Below are positions 1-13,241 of a stretch of 64,000 bases of DNA, piece by piece. The position numbers and the translations under genes were made by a program. The stretch is taken from assembly GCA_963728915.1 (NCBI GenBank), contig CAVSLV010000001.1, positions 928,001 to 992,000 of the forward strand, read 5' to 3'. The DNA comes from an uncultured Gemmatimonadales bacterium. Its GTDB lineage: Bacteria > Gemmatimonadota > Gemmatimonadetes > Gemmatimonadales > GWC2-71-9. How positions within the stretch are numbered: position 1 is the stretch's first letter; each line of letters begins with the position of its first letter. The notes under the pieces were generated by a model, which was not told the origin of the DNA, searched no databases, and saw only the letters and a list, made by a program, of their open reading frames with translations.

Positions 1-577
1 TCTTGCCGGCGTCGGCGTTCACCTTGTCGGAGTACCAGAAGCCGATCAGCAGGTAGGAGCAGAGTCCCACGCCCTCCCAGCCGATGAACGCGACCGGCAG
101 GTTGGAGCCCAGCACCAGCACCAGCATGAACGCGACGAACAGGTTGAGATAGGCGAAGAACCGGGCGTAGCCGGGATCGTCGCTCATATAGCCGACACTG
201 TAGAGGTGAATCAGGCTCCCCACCCCGGTTACGATCAGCAGCATGACGGTGGAGAGCTGGTCCACGTGGAAGGCCATGGCGATCTGAAGTGAGCCGACGC
301 TGATCCAGTCCCACAACGTCACGACGATGCCGGCCTCGGGCGGAGTCTTCCGCACCTCGGCGAAGACCGCGATGGCCACGACGAAAGCAGCCAGCACCAC
401 TCCGCATCCCACGATGGAGACGGTGCGCCGGGCGGTGGGCCGCAGAAACACCAGGGCGCCGTTCACCAGGAAGCCGACCAGGGGAAGCAGGACGGCGAGC
501 CAGACCCAGCGGACCGCGCCGGTGGCGACCGGCGGCCCCACCGCCACGGCAAGCGCGTCGAGCGCGGGAACGGGCAT
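1..577 (-). CDS. nuoL: NADH-quinone oxidoreductase subunit L (5' part; continues past window start)
   Basis: Manual translation from ATG 575-577, which overlaps the nuoK stop: MPVPALDA...VDQLSTVMLLIVTGVGSLIHLYSVGYMSDDPGYARFFAYLNLF...GWEGVGLCSYLLIGFW, typical NuoL/ND5 motifs. Confidence 0.95.
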   Translation of the reverse strand, partial: MPVPALDALAVAVGPPVATGAVRWVWLAVLLPLVGFLVNGALVFLRPTARRTVSIVGCGVVLAAFVVAIAVFAEVRKTPPEAGIVVTLWDWISVGSLQIAMAFHVDQLSTVMLLIVTGVGSLIHLYSVGYMSDDPGYARFFAYLNLFVAFMLVLVLGSNLPVAFIGWEGVGLCSYLLIGFWYSDKVNADAGK

Positions 578-873
578 CAGCCTCGCAGCAGGTTGATGTT
601 CTTGAGGTCGACCGACCGGGTGTGCCGGAAGATCGCCAGAATGATCGCGAGTCCCACCGCGGCTTCCGCAGCCGCCACCGTCATGGAGAAGAACACGATC
701 ACCTGACCGGCGAGTCCCAGCACCTGGGAAAACGCCACAAAACTCAGGTTCACGGCATTGAGCATCAGCTCAATGCACATGAACAGCACGATGGCATTGC
801 GGCGGAGCAGAACGCCGGCCACGCCGATGGTGAACAACAGCGCCGACAGGAGGAGAGCGGGACCGAGCAGCAT
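577..873 (-). CDS. nuoK: NADH-quinone oxidoreductase subunit K
   Basis: [19 protein letters not shown] and [10 protein letters not shown] motifs; operon position. Confidence 0.96.
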   Translation of the reverse strand: MLLGPALLLSALLFTIGVAGVLLRRNAIVLFMCIELMLNAVNLSFVAFSQVLGLAGQVIVFFSMTVAAAEAAVGLAIILAIFRHTRSVDLKNINLLRG

Positions 874-875
874 GG

Positions 876-1436
876 TCAGAGTCTCCGTTTCGCCAGCACG
901 ACCGCGCCGACCGCTGCCGCGAGCAGCAGGATGGAAGTGATCTCGAACGGGATGAGATAGGTCTGGAACAAGGGCCGGGCGATCGCGCCCACCACTCCTT
1001 CACTGGCCGGGGCGACCTGGGCGGCCACCCCGGCGGGAAACGCCTCGATCGGGCTCCCCGCTCCCCCGCCCCCGCCGCTCATCGCGGCCAGGCTCCCGGG
1101 GCTCACCCGTGAAAGCAGGAACAGCTCCCCCAAGAGCAGCGCGCCGATGCCCACGGCGGCGACCCGGCCACCCGGCCCGCGCAGGTCGCTCGCCTCGCGA
1201 CCAACGTGGAGCAGCATGATCACGAACAGGAAGAGCACCATGACCGCCCCGGCATAGACCAGGACCTGGATCGCGGCGATGAACTGGGCGTTGAGGAGCA
1301 CGAAGATCCCGGCCAGCGCGAACATGGTGGACACGAGCCACAGGGCCGAAACCACCGGATTCTTCTGGGTAATGCACAGGAGAGCGGAACCCACCGCCGC
1401 CACCGCCAGCACCATGAAGACCGTATGGGCGGTCAT
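876..1436 (-). CDS. nuoJ: NADH-quinone oxidoreductase subunit J
   Basis: [20 protein letters not shown] and [10 protein letters not shown] motifs. Confidence 0.95.
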   Translation of the reverse strand: MTAHTVFMVLAVAAVGSALLCITQKNPVVSALWLVSTMFALAGIFVLLNAQFIAAIQVLVYAGAVMVLFLFVIMLLHVGREASDLRGPGGRVAAVGIGALLLGELFLLSRVSPGSLAAMSGGGGGAGSPIEAFPAGVAAQVAPASEGVVGAIARPLFQTYLIPFEITSILLLAAAVGAVVLAKRRL

Positions 1437-1955
1437 CTACTCGCCCCGGGGATCGCTGGGATCCCACAAGGTGGAGACGGGATGGACCTGGGAGCCGAGC
1501 CGTTCGAGATCGTACACGAACCGGTCCCGACTGTACTCCGAATTCTCGTAGTGGACCCCGACGTGAATGGCCTCCTCGGGGCAGACCTCCTGGCAGTAGC
1601 CGCAGAAGATGCAGCGGAACTCGTCGATCTCGTAGATCAGCGGGTAGCGGTGGCCCTGGGCATCCTCCCCGGGAACCAGCTTGATGCAATTGGCGGGACA
1701 GATCTGCGGGCATAACCCGCAGGCGACGCACTTGGTCCGCCCCTGCTCGTCCGACATCATCCGGTGGGTGCCTCGCCAGCGGGGGGAAACCGCGTACCGG
1801 CCCCGCTCGTCCGCGGTGCTCTTTTCCTCCGGGTACTGCATCGTCACCTTGGGCTGGAGCATATGCTTGAAGGTCAGCGCCATCCCCTTGAGCGCGGCCC
1901 GGACGTAGCTCACCTGCCGCTCCGGCCGCTCGAGGACCTTGACCCCGATCGCCAT
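1437..1955 (-). CDS. nuoI: NADH-quinone oxidoreductase subunit I
   Basis: Two CxxCxxCxxxCP ferredoxin motifs; start MAIGVKV overlaps the nuoH stop. Confidence 0.95.
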   Translation of the reverse strand: MAIGVKVLERPERQVSYVRAALKGMALTFKHMLQPKVTMQYPEEKSTADERGRYAVSPRWRGTHRMMSDEQGRTKCVACGLCPQICPANCIKLVPGEDAQGHRYPLIYEIDEFRCIFCGYCQEVCPEEAIHVGVHYENSEYSRDRFVYDLERLGSQVHPVSTLWDPSDPRGE

Positions 1956-3183
1956 CAGGACGCTCCTGTCGGGGATTGGGTGGGCCCGGCGACCCCCGGT
2001 GACCGGTAGGAGCCCCGCACCAGGAAGCCCCGATCGAGCACGAAGAACACCAGGTAGCCCAGGATCACGTTGAGTCCGAACAGGGCCAGCATCGCGAGCC
2101 GCGGACCCAGGCCAAGCCCGCGCTCCACCAGCCAGATCGCCACCGCCATCACCATCACGTAGAGCAGCGCAATCGGAAGCATGACCTTCCACCCCAGCGC
2201 CATCAGCTGGTCGTACCGGAACCGCGGCAGGGTCCACCGCACCCACATGAACAGGAACAGGAAGAACAGCACCTTGAGGAACATGACCCCGGCGGTAATC
2301 AGGGTTCGGGCCACACTCGGCGTGGCGGAAAGGCCGGGCAGGTCCCAGCCGCCGAAGAACAGGCTCACCACCACCGCCGAGACGGTGGCCATGTTCGCAT
2401 ACTCCGCAATCGGAAACATCGAAAACTTCATCGCGCTGTACTCGGTGTGATACCCGGCAATCAGCTCCGACTCGGCCTCCGGCAGATCGAACGGCAGCCG
2501 GTTGGTCTCGGCGAACCCCGCGACCAGGAAGACAAAGCAGGAGATGAATGCCGGGAGTACGAACCAGAGGCTCCGCTGCTGCGCCTGGATGATCTGTGCG
2601 AAAGTGACATTCCCGGCGAGAAGGAGCACCGGAATGAGGCTCAAGCCCAGGGAGACTTCGTACGAAACCATCTGGGCGCTGGAGCGAAGGCCCCCGAGCA
2701 GGGAGTATTTGTTGTTGGAGGCCCACCCCGCCAGGGCGATTCCGTACACCCCGAGCGAGCTGACGGCCAGAACGAACAGAAACCCGACCGGGAGATCGAG
2801 CACTGCCATGGAGAGCAGTCCGTGGTAGCTCACCTGCCCGATCAGGGGCAGTCGGGCCTCCAGGTTCACCGGAAGGGGAGCGGCCCAGGGGATCACCCCC
2901 GATAGCAGCGCGGCCGGAATGAAGGCCATCATCGGCGCGAGCGTGAAGATCAACGGATTCGCCGAGGACGGGAACGTTTCCTCCTTGGCGATGTTCTTGA
3001 GCCCGTCCGCGGCGGGCTGCAGCAGCCCGGCCCAGCCGACCCGGTTGGGGCCTCGGCGGTTCTGCATCCAGGCGCTGACCTTGCGCTCCATGAGCGTGAG
3101 AAGGGCCACGCCGATCAAGACCACCGTGAACACCACCAGCATCTTGAGAATGCTGAGGAGGAGAAACCCCTTCTCTTCCGCGG

Positions 3184-3187
<4 letters not shown>
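1955..3187 (-). CDS. nuoH: NADH-quinone oxidoreductase subunit H
   Basis: ERKVSAWMQNRRGPNRVG, ETNRLPFDLPEAESEL, PRFRYDQLM; GTG start overlaps the nuoG stop (GTGA). Confidence 0.96.
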
Positions 3188-4756
<1,569 letters not shown>

Positions 4757-4764
<8 letters not shown>

Positions 4765-6064
4765 GGGCACCCGCCATCGCGCGGCTGCGCTTCAGGTAGG
4801 CGTCGAATTCACCACGGAATTTCTTGATGCCGCTCACGATCGGCGCGGCGCAGCTGTCGGAGAGCACGCAGATCGTCTTACCGGTCATCTGCTCGGACAG
4901 CTCGAGCAGCAGGTCGAGGTCCTCCGGCTTCCCTTCCCCGTTCAGCATCCGCTCCAGGATGCGGGTGGTCCAGGCGGTGCCTTCCCGGCACTGGGTGCAC
5001 TGGGCGCAGCTCTCGTGGGCGTAGAACTTGGCCAGCCGGAACACCTCGTACACGATGTCGGCGGTGTCGTCCATCACGATGAACCCGGCCGAGCCGAGCA
5101 TCGACCCCTTCTCGGCGATGCCCTCGTAATCGCAGAGCGCGGCTTCGGCCTCGTCCCTGGTCATGATAGGAACCGAAGACCCTCCGGGGATCACCGCCTT
5201 GAGGGTACGGCCGGGACGGAGCCCTCCGGCCATCTCATAGATGAGCTCCTTCATCGGGAAGCCCATCGTCACTTCGTAGTTTCCCGGCTTGAGGACGTGA
5301 CCGCAGACCGAAAAGAGCTTGGTCCCGGTGCTCTTGGGGTTGGAGAGGCAGAGGCCCTTGTACCAGGCCGCCCCGCGGGTGAGGATGTGGGGCACCGCGG
5401 CGAGGGTCTCCACGTTGTTGATCGTGGTCGGCATGCCGAACACCCCGGAGGCCGCGGGAAACGGCGGCTTGATCCGGGGATTGCCGCGCTTTCCCTCCAG
5501 CGAGTTCATCAGGGCCGTTTCTTCGCCGCAGATATAGGCCCCGGCGCCCCGATGAAGCACCATATCGATCCGCCGCCCGGACCCGAGCGCGTTCGGGCCG
5601 AGTACCCCCTGGGCGTACCCTTCGGCGACCGCCTGCTCCATGATCGTGAGCGGCTCGGTGAATTCGCCCCGGATGTAGATGTAGCAGGTCTCGGCGCCGA
5701 TCGCATAACACGCGATGGCGCAGCCCTCGATCAGCGCATGGGGCGTCCACCGCATGATCTCCCGGTCCTTGAAGGTCCCCGGCTCCGATTCGTCGGCGTT
5801 GCAGCAGAGGTAATGGGGTTTGCCGTCCGCCTTGGGCATGAAGCTCCACTTGAGCCCGGTCGGAAATCCCGCCCCACCCCGGCCCCGGAGACCCGACGCC
5901 TTCACTTCCTCGATGATCGCCTCCGGGGTCATCCCCAGGGCCTTCCGGAGCCCCTGGTATCCTCCCCGCTCGGTCCAGCCGGCGTAGGTCCGGGCGGCCG
6001 CGTCGCCAAAGTAGTGCGAAAGCACCACGGTTTCTTTCGGGTGGGGCGGATGGGGATAGCCCAT
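4757..6064 (-). CDS. nuoF: NADH-quinone oxidoreductase subunit F
   Basis: GRGGAGFPTGLKW, NADESEPGTFKD, GAGAYICGEET, ESCAQCTQCREG. Confidence 0.97.
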
Positions 6065-6582
6065 CAGCGATAGCCCGCGAGAATGCCGGCGACCCGCTCC
6101 GGGGTCACCGACTCGACGAAGTCGTTGTCGATCAGTACCGGCGTCGGGAACCCGCAGGCGCCCAGACATTCGACTTCCTGCACCGTGAATCGCCCATCGG
6201 GACTGGTCGCCCCAAGCTCGCCGCAGCCGGTCTCCTTGAGCAGCGCCTTCACGACGTCCGCCGAACCACAGAGATGACACGGCGTGGTGGTGCAGACCTG
6301 GATGAAGTGCCGCCCTACCGGGTGGGTGTGGTACATGGTGTAGAACGTCACCACGCCGCGCACGTAGGCTGGCGTGAGGCCAAGCACCTCCGCCACCTCC
6401 GCCATGGCGGCGGGCGAGATCCAGCCCCGTTCTTCCTGCACGATCCAGAGCGCCGGAAGGAGGCACGCCGGTCTGGTCGGGTACTTGGGGAAGAGGGCCT
6501 CGAGCCGCTGTTTCGCCGCGCCGACCAAGACCGGCTGGTGAGCCTCGGAGGCCACGGCGTGCGGCTGGGAGGGCTGGCTCAT
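6064..6582 (-). CDS. nuoE: NADH-quinone oxidoreductase subunit E
   Basis: VTFYTMY, VCTTTPCHLC, ECLGAC; ATGA overlap with the nuoD stop. Confidence 0.95.
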   Translation of the reverse strand: MSQPSQPHAVASEAHQPVLVGAAKQRLEALFPKYPTRPACLLPALWIVQEERGWISPAAMAEVAEVLGLTPAYVRGVVTFYTMYHTHPVGRHFIQVCTTTPCHLCGSADVVKALLKETGCGELGATSPDGRFTVQEVECLGACGFPTPVLIDNDFVESVTPERVAGILAGYR

Positions 6583-7859
6583 CGATCGATCTCTCCCATC
6601 ACGATATCGATGCTCGCGTTGATGGCGATGACGTCCGATAACAGGGCGCCCTCGCAGAGACGCGGCAGGCACGCCAGGTTGATGAACGAAGGCGGCCGGA
6701 TCCGCCAGCGAACCGGCTTGGCGGTGCCGTCGGCGACGAAATAGGTGCCCAATTCGCCTTTGGGATTCTCGATCCCAAGGTACGCTTCGCCGGGCGGGGC
6801 GGGAACCCCTTCCATCACCTGCTTGAAGTGGAAGATCATCGCCTCCATGTCGCTCATCGCGCGCGACTTGGGAGGCAGGATGACCCGCGGGTCGGAAACG
6901 TTGACCGGGGCGCCATCCAGGAGGAGCAACCGGTCCAGCGCCTGCTGAAGAATCCGGGTGGACTGATACATCTCCTCCAGCCGGACCCGATACCGGTCGT
7001 ACACGTCCCCATGGACACCGATCGGCACATCGAAGTTGTAGGTCTCGTAGTCCAGGTACGGCTTGTCCTTGCGAACGTCGTAGGCCACTCCGCTGGCTCG
7101 CAGCATCGGACCGGAGAGCGAGTAGTTGATCGCCTCCTCCCGGCCGATGGCTCCCACGCCCTGGGTGCGGCCGCACCAGATGGCGTTCCTGGTAAAGATG
7201 GTGTCGACTTCGTCGAGCGTCTTCGGAAAATTGTTGAGGAACGTGCGGAGCTGATCGGTCCAGCCGGCCGGGACATCCGCCATCATCCCGCCTACCCGGG
7301 TCACGCTGGGAGTGAGCCGGGCCCCGGTCCACGCCTCCTGGAGATTGTAGACCCGTTCCCGCTCGTAGAAGGTCCACAGGAACGGCGTGTAGGCTCCCAG
7401 GTCGATCGCGGTGGTTCCCATCCACACCAGGTGGGAGATGATCCGGGAGAGCTCGCAGGCGATCACCCGGAGCACCGTGCACCGCTCGGTGATCGTGATC
7501 CCCATCAGCTTCTCGGCGCACAGCGCCAGGGCCACGTTGTTCGACATCGGAGACAGGTAGTCGGTCCGGTCGGTCAGCGGGATGATCTGGTTGTAGTGCC
7601 GGTATTCGCCCAGCTTCTCGAAGCCGCTGTGCAGATAGCCCACGTGGGGAATGCACCGCACGACCCGCTCTCCCTCGAGCTCCAGCACCAGACGCAGCAC
7701 CCCGTGGGTCGCCGGGTGCTGGGGGCCCAGGTTGATGAGCATCCGCTCGGCGAACTCGTCACTCCCCGGCTCCGCGACCCCAAGGGGGGTCCGTAGCGGC
7801 CGCCCCTCGGGATCGAGCCCGGGGGTCGCCAGATTCCATTCCACGGTTCTGCTGCTCAT
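6579..7859 (-). CDS. nuoD: NADH-quinone oxidoreductase subunit D
   Basis: GPQHPATHGVLRL, ENPKGELG, C-terminal DIVMGEIDR. Confidence 0.97.
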   Translation of the reverse strand: MSSRTVEWNLATPGLDPEGRPLRTPLGVAEPGSDEFAERMLINLGPQHPATHGVLRLVLELEGERVVRCIPHVGYLHSGFEKLGEYRHYNQIIPLTDRTDYLSPMSNNVALALCAEKLMGITITERCTVLRVIACELSRIISHLVWMGTTAIDLGAYTPFLWTFYERERVYNLQEAWTGARLTPSVTRVGGMMADVPAGWTDQLRTFLNNFPKTLDEVDTIFTRNAIWCGRTQGVGAIGREEAINYSLSGPMLRASGVAYDVRKDKPYLDYETYNFDVPIGVHGDVYDRYRVRLEEMYQSTRILQQALDRLLLLDGAPVNVSDPRVILPPKSRAMSDMEAMIFHFKQVMEGVPAPPGEAYLGIENPKGELGTYFVADGTAKPVRWRIRPPSFINLACLPRLCEGALLSDVIAINASIDIVMGEIDR

Positions 7860-8497
7860 CGCACGTATCCTCGCTGCCCCTTGGCCAGACGCTCCCGCAC
7901 ATCGGCGGGAAGCTCGTCGTAGGCCTCCGCGAGACTCAGCTCCTCGAGGGAGTAGTGTGCCTCGGGATTCGCGGCCAGCGCCTGCCGAGTCTGCTCCGCC
8001 CGGGTAAAGTGCCCCCGAAGCGGAAAGTCCTTCCGCAAGGGATGTCCTTCCGCGTAGGTCTCCCACATCAGAATCCGGCGCAGATCGGGATGACCGCGAA
8101 ACCGGACGCCGAAGAGGTCGTAGACCTCCCGTTCCAGCCAGTTGGCGCCCTTCCAGAGGTCGCAGACCGAATCCACCTCGAGCGGCTGACCCTTGTCGAG
8201 CGGGATCTTCAGGCGGAGATCGGCCTTCCGCTCGAGCGAGCGGAGCTGGTAGACCACCTCGAGCGACAGCTCCGGATCGCGATAGTCCACCGCCGTGACA
8301 TCGACCAGGTACTCGAAGGACTGGCCCGGCTCGTCGCGCAGCCAGGCCAGCACCTCGTGGGCCCGGGAGGCCTCGACCTCGATGATTTCATCGCCACAAG
8401 ACGACCAGCGGCGGATAACTGCGGACCCGAAGCGCTGCCCGAGGACCGCGGCGGTCTGTCCGCCGGTCCGCCCTTCCGCCGGTCCGCCCGAAGTCAT
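7856..8497 (-). CDS. nuoC: NADH-quinone oxidoreductase subunit C
   Basis: [35 protein letters not shown]. Confidence 0.96.
   Translation of the reverse strand: MTSGGPAEGRTGGQTAAVLGQRFGSAVIRRWSSCGDEIIEVEASRAHEVLAWLRDEPGQSFEYLVDVTAVDYRDPELSLEVVYQLRSLERKADLRLKIPLDKGQPLEVDSVCDLWKGANWLEREVYDLFGVRFRGHPDLRRILMWETYAEGHPLRKDFPLRGHFTRAEQTRQALAANPEAHYSLEELSLAEAYDELPADVRERLAKGQRGYVR
8457..8488 (-). repeat. 4 x 8-bp tandem repeat (GGCGGACC/GGCGGAAG/GGCGGACA) inside the nuoC 5' end
   Basis: Read directly from the sequence; same octamer as the array at 9564-9603, in opposite orientation. Confidence 0.75.
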
Positions 8498-9116
8498 GCC
8501 GACCTCGTCTGATGGACCGAGTTTCCGAACGGCTCCGAGAGCTCATCGACTTTTTCCGGGGGAGGAACAGTCCGGTTGCATCAACCAGCTGCTCTCGCCG
8601 GAGCGTGGGATCGGCCAGGGTCTCGCCCTTGATCTTCTTCTGGAGCAGCATGATGCCGTATATCAGGCCTTCGGGGCGGGGCGGACAGCCCGGCACGTAG
8701 ACATCCACCGGAACGACGGTGTCGATCCCCTGCACCATGGTGTAGGTGTCGAAGATGCCTCCACTCGACGCGCAGGCGCCCATGCTGATGCACCACTTGG
8801 GCTGGGGCATCTGGTCCCAGATCCGGCGGATCACGGGCGCCAGCTTGAAGGGAAGCCGGCCGGCGCAAATCAGCACGTCGGCCTGACGCGGCGAGAAGCT
8901 CATCCGCTCCATCCCGAACCGCGCCAGATCGAAGCGGCCGGCGGCGGTCGCCATGAACTCGATGGCGCAGCAGGCGGTGCCGAACGGCATGGGCCAGAGA
9001 GAATTCGCGCGGGCCCAATTGGCCAGAAAATCGAGCTTGGTGGTGATGAAGTTGGGCGAAACCCCGGCCACCTCCGCGGTCCGCCGTTCGCCCGGGTCGG
9101 GTCGGGTCAGCTCCAT
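8494..9116 (-). CDS. nuoB: NADH-quinone oxidoreductase subunit B (apparent 1-nt deletion in a C run near 8560)
   Basis: [33 protein letters not shown]. Adding one C gives ...[23 protein letters not shown] ending in an ATGA overlap with nuoC. Confidence 0.93.
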
Positions 9117-9472
9117 TCCAGCCCCCCGCGTTTCCAGATGTACACATACCCGACGGCCAGGATCGCAATGAAGACGAACATCTCCAGGATCAGCAGCCCG
9201 CTCATTTCAGCGAGCTGGCGGAAGGCCACCGCCCAGGGAATCATGAAAACCACCTCGATGTCGAAGACGATGAAGAGCATCGCCACGAGGTAGAACTTGA
9301 CGGAGAAGCGCTCTCGGGCGTCTCCCAGCACGGGCATGCCGGATTCGTAGGGCGCGACCTTGACCGGGGTACGCCGGTAGGACGACAGCAGATGCGACAC
9401 CCCGAGCATCATGATCGCATTGGCGACCACGAAGGCAATCAGAACGAGGAGGGGGACGTAGGGTTGGAGCAT
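9107..9472 (-). CDS. nuoA: NADH-quinone oxidoreductase subunit A
   Basis: [31 protein letters not shown]. Confidence 0.96.
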   Translation of the reverse strand: MLQPYVPLLVLIAFVVANAIMMLGVSHLLSSYRRTPVKVAPYESGMPVLGDARERFSVKFYLVAMLFIVFDIEVVFMIPWAVAFRQLAEMSGLLILEMFVFIAILAVGYVYIWKRGGLEWS

Positions 9473-9492
9473 TGTGGATTCAAGCCCGCACA

Positions 9493-9521
9493 ATGGTAAA
9501 CGCGACCGGGCACGAGTTCAA
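9493..9521 (-). promoter_or_regulatory. Candidate sigma70 promoter of the nuo operon
   Basis: Minus strand TTGAAC-17 nt-TACCAT, ending 20 nt upstream of the nuoA ATG. Confidence 0.55.
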
Positions 9522-9563
9522 GCGGAAAGCGGGTCCAAGTTCCGGCAGCGGTTGAGCTTAGAC

Positions 9564-9648
9564 GGACCGGCAGACCGGCGGACAGGCGGACCGGCGGACA
9601 GGCGTTTAGCTTGCTATCGGCTATTCGCCAATCCCTAATCCCTATTCT
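9564..9648 (+). repeat. Intergenic short tandem repeats: 5 x 8 bp (GGACCGGC/GGACAGGC) followed by degenerate 7-mers (GCTATCG GCTATTC GCCAATC CCTAATC CCTATTC)
   Basis: Read directly from the sequence between divergent nuoA and dcd. Confidence 0.75.
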
Positions 9649-9653
9649 CTCTC

Positions 9654-10232
9654 TTGTCGATCAAATCCGACCGCTGGATCCGCCGCATGGCGCGTGAGCA
9701 CGGGATGATCGAGCCCTTCGTCGACGCGCAGGTGCGAGCGGTCGACGCCTCGGGGCGCAAGGTGATTTCGTTCGGGGTTTCGTCTTACGGGTACGACATG
9801 CGGGTGGCCCCCGAGTTCAAGATCTTCACCAATGCCCTTTCGGCCATGGTGGATCCCAAGGAGTTCGACGCCCGGAGCTTCGTCGAGTTCGAGGGAGAAG
9901 AATGCATCGTGCCCCCGAACAGCTTCGCGCTGGCCCGGTCGATCGAGTACTTCCGGATTCCCCGGAACGTCCTCACCATCTGCGTGGGCAAAAGCACCTA
10001 CGCCCGCTGCGGCATCATCACCAACGTCACGCCCTTCGAGCCCGAGTGGGAAGGGCACGTCACCCTGGAGATCAGCAACACGACCCCCCTGCCCGCCCGG
10101 ATCTATGCGAACGAAGGGATCTGCCAGGTGCTGTTCTTCGAGGCGGATGCCGACGACGTGTGCGAAACGAGCTACGCGGACAAGAAAGGGAAATACCAGG
10201 CCCAGCGCGGAGTCACCCTGCCGAAACTCTAG
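9654..10232 (+). CDS. dcd: dCTP deaminase
   Basis: [39 protein letters not shown] start. Confidence 0.96.
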   Translation: MSIKSDRWIRRMAREHGMIEPFVDAQVRAVDASGRKVISFGVSSYGYDMRVAPEFKIFTNALSAMVDPKEFDARSFVEFEGEECIVPPNSFALARSIEYFRIPRNVLTICVGKSTYARCGIITNVTPFEPEWEGHVTLEISNTTPLPARIYANEGICQVLFFEADADDVCETSYADKKGKYQAQRGVTLPKL

Positions 10233-11158
10233 AGCGACAAGGCCGTCTGGACGCCGCGGACCGATTCGGCCGAGGCGTGAAGGTCCTTCCGTTCCTGGGC
10301 GGTGAGCTCCACTTCCACGATCTGTTCCAGGCCCGTTCGCCCGATCCTGCAGGGCACCCCGCAGAACACGTCTTTGAGTCCGTATTCTCCGGCGAGCCAG
10401 GCGGCGCAGGGCAGCAGTCGCTTGCGATCCAGTACGATGGCCTCCACCATCTGAACCGCCGCCGCGCTCGGCGCGTAGTACGCCGATCCGGTCTTGAGGT
10501 GGGCGACGATCTCCGCCCCGCCATTCCGGGTCCTCGCGACGATCGCGTCGAGCTGCTCCTTCGGCAGGAGCTGGCTGACCGGAATCCCCGACACGGTGGT
10601 GTAGGAAATCAGAGGCACCATGGTGTCCCCGTGGCCGCCGAGGACCATCGCCTGAACCTCCTCGACCGACACCTGGAGGGCGTCCGCGAGGAAGGTGCGA
10701 TAGCGGGCGGTATCGAGCACCCCGGCCATCCCGATCACCCGCTCCCGGGGAAATCCGCTGGCCTTCATCGCCACGTAGCACATCACATCGAGAGGATTGG
10801 AGACCACGATGACGATCGCCTTGGGAGCCACCCGGGCGATCTCCTTCCCCACCGCCTGCACGATGCCGGCGTTGGTCTTGACCAGATCGTCCCGGCTCAT
10901 CCCGGGCTTTCGGGCAATGCCGGCGGTGACGACGAACACCTCCGATCCCTCGGCGGGCCCATAATCGTTCGCCCCCACCACCCTCGTGTCGAAGCCTTCG
11001 ATCGGTCCGGTTTGCCACTGATCCAGCCCCTTGCCCTGCGGAACGCCCTCGACCACGTCGACCATGATCACCGAGCGGGCGAGGCTCTTTTCGGCCAGCC
11101 GCTGGGCCGCGGTGGCTCCCACATTTCCAGCGCCGACGACGGTGATCTTGTTGAACAT
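10229..11158 (-). CDS. mdh: Malate dehydrogenase (LDH-like type)
   Basis: [33 protein letters not shown]. Confidence 0.95.
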   Translation of the reverse strand: MFNKITVVGAGNVGATAAQRLAEKSLARSVIMVDVVEGVPQGKGLDQWQTGPIEGFDTRVVGANDYGPAEGSEVFVVTAGIARKPGMSRDDLVKTNAGIVQAVGKEIARVAPKAIVIVVSNPLDVMCYVAMKASGFPRERVIGMAGVLDTARYRTFLADALQVSVEEVQAMVLGGHGDTMVPLISYTTVSGIPVSQLLPKEQLDAIVARTRNGGAEIVAHLKTGSAYYAPSAAAVQMVEAIVLDRKRLLPCAAWLAGEYGLKDVFCGVPCRIGRTGLEQIVEVELTAQERKDLHASAESVRGVQTALSL

Positions 11159-11229
11159 GAGGTCCTGGCGGTGAAAGGTCGATTGGGGCGAGAAACTAGT
11201 GCGTCGACCGCCCGGGACCAACCCGGGTA

Positions 11230-11790
11230 TCAGGAGGAGGGAGGCTTCCGACCTCGGGGCGGGCGGCGCGGTCCTCGCCCCCGTTTCGAGGGGACCTCCG
11301 CCGCCGCAAGCTCGGCGGCACGAGCGGCGGCCTCGTCGCTCCCGACCCGCCGCAACGCCTCGTACAACACGATGCCTGCGGCGGTGGCCAGGTTGAGACT
11401 CCGCACCTTGCCGCTCTGCATCGGAATGGTATAGCACTGCTCGGGATGCTTCTCGAGGATCCGGTCCGGCATGCCATCGGTTTCGTTGCCGAAGACGAGC
11501 ACGCTGTTGGACCGGAATTCGGCGTCGGTCAATGGGCGCTCGGCCCGGGCCGAGAAATACAGGCAACGATGCCGGGCGATGGCGTCCCGGAATTCCCGCC
11601 AATCGGGATGGACCCAGAGGTCCACCGCATCCCAATAGTCGACGCCGGCCCGCTTGAGATCGGCGTCCTGGATCGAGAAGCCCAGCGGCTCGATCAAGTG
11701 CAGGCTGGTGTCGGTGGCGGCACAGAGCCGTGCGATGTTCCCCGTGTTGGGCGGAATCCGGGGGCAGATGAGCGCGATATGGAGACTCAT
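11230..11790 (-). CDS. trmL: tRNA (cytidine/uridine-34 2'-O)-methyltransferase, SPOUT family
   Basis: [36 protein letters not shown]. Confidence 0.93.
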   Translation of the reverse strand: MSLHIALICPRIPPNTGNIARLCAATDTSLHLIEPLGFSIQDADLKRAGVDYWDAVDLWVHPDWREFRDAIARHRCLYFSARAERPLTDAEFRSNSVLVFGNETDGMPDRILEKHPEQCYTIPMQSGKVRSLNLATAAGIVLYEALRRVGSDEAAARAAELAAAEVPSKRGRGPRRPPRGRKPPSS

Positions 11791-12815
11791 CCACCCCTCG
11801 TGTGCATTTCGCGCCTGGGGTCCTCCCGCAATCCTTCCACCTGGTACAGCGCACCTCGACTGGCGACGGCGAGCCGGCTCTCGGCGCCACGGTCGCGTCG
11901 GGCGGACCAGGTGGCTTCGATGCTGGCCTGGATCACCGCGTCGTCCGCGCCGAGGCGCAGCATCTCTCGCAGATCCACTCCCCGCTCGCCGTACAGACAG
12001 GTGAACCAGGTCCCGTCGGCCGTGATCCGGCTTCGATCGCAGGATCCGCAGAAAGGCGCCGTGACCGAGGCGATGATACCGAAGACGGTGCCGTCGGGAA
12101 GCCGGAACCGTTCCGCCGGCGCAGAAGGGTGGCCGGGGTCCGGCACCGGCTCGGACGTTCCGAATCGGTCCCCGATCATCCTGAGGAGATCGCTTCTGGT
12201 CACCACGTCCTCCCGGCGCCATCGGGTAGCTCCGCCGACATCCATGTACTCGATGTAGCGCAGCTCGAGCCCCCGGCCACGGGCGAACTCGAGAAGGTCG
12301 AGGACTTCGTCGTCGTTGAATCCGCGCACGATGACGCTGTTGAGCTTGATCGGGGAAAACTCGAGCTCGAGCGCCAGGTCGATGCCATGGAGCACCTCAC
12401 CGTGCTTGTCGGTTCTCGCAAACGCGCGCATCCGCTCCGCCCGGAGGGTGTCCAGACTCACCGTCAGTCGGGCGAGTCCGGCCTGACGCAGCGCCGCCGC
12501 CTGCCCCCCGAGCAGGATCCCGTTCGTCGTCAGGGCCAGGTCCGACAGCTCCCGATGCGCGGTGAGCATCGACACGAAGGTGGGCAGATCGTGGCGAAGG
12601 AGCGGCTCTCCGCCGGTGAGTCGGACACGCTTCGCGCCGAGCCGCATGAAGATTCCCGCCAGGCGATCCAGCTCCTCGAAGCTGAGCAGCGACTCCCGCG
12701 GCAGCCAGACATAGTGCTCTTCGGGCATGCAGTAGCCGCATCGCATGTTGCAGCGATCCGTGACCGAGAGTCGGAGACTCCCCAACGGACGGCGGAAGAC
12801 GTCGGAGACGCTCAT
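11787..12815 (-). CDS. moaA: GTP 3',8-cyclase (radical SAM)
   Basis: [31 protein letters not shown]...CL, C-terminal GG. Confidence 0.95.
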   Translation of the reverse strand: MSVSDVFRRPLGSLRLSVTDRCNMRCGYCMPEEHYVWLPRESLLSFEELDRLAGIFMRLGAKRVRLTGGEPLLRHDLPTFVSMLTAHRELSDLALTTNGILLGGQAAALRQAGLARLTVSLDTLRAERMRAFARTDKHGEVLHGIDLALELEFSPIKLNSVIVRGFNDDEVLDLLEFARGRGLELRYIEYMDVGGATRWRREDVVTRSDLLRMIGDRFGTSEPVPDPGHPSAPAERFRLPDGTVFGIIASVTAPFCGSCDRSRITADGTWFTCLYGERGVDLREMLRLGADDAVIQASIEATWSARRDRGAESRLAVASRGALYQVEGLREDPRREMHTRGG

Positions 12816-13240
12816 CAGGCGGTAGCGGATTCGCGGGTGGGATCGACCCACGCCTCGGTGCCGTCCCGGAAACGCTCCCGCTTCCAGATCGGGACTCGGC
12901 GTTTGACTTCCTCGATCACGTAGCGGCACGACGCAAACGCCTCGTCGCGATGGGCGCCCGCGGCCACAACCGCCACCGCGGCATCACCCACCGCCAGCTC
13001 TCCCAGCCGGTGCCGGAGCGCAATCCGGACCGGCCAGCATGCCTCTGCCTCCGCGACGATGGCCCGGCAGACCGACTCCGCCATCTCCTCGTAGGCGGTG
13101 TATTCGATCCCGACCACCGGGCGGCCCTCGTGATGATCGCGGACCAGCCCGACGAAGGACGCCACCCCGCCCCGTTCCGGCGAGATCACCTCCGGCAGGA
13201 GGCCGGTCAATTCAAGAGGTTCCCGGAAAAGGTGCGGCAT
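12815..13240 (-). CDS. moaE: Molybdopterin synthase catalytic subunit
   Basis: FVGLVRDH, HRLGEL, HRDEAF, VPIWKRE. Confidence 0.94.
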   Translation of the reverse strand: MPHLFREPLELTGLLPEVISPERGGVASFVGLVRDHHEGRPVVGIEYTAYEEMAESVCRAIVAEAEACWPVRIALRHRLGELAVGDAAVAVVAAGAHRDEAFASCRYVIEEVKRRVPIWKRERFRDGTEAWVDPTRESATA

Positions 13241-13241
13241 C

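Noticed and set aside
9564..9648. Possible CRISPR array or iterons
   Set aside because: Units are 7-8 bp with no spacers; no cas or rep genes in the window
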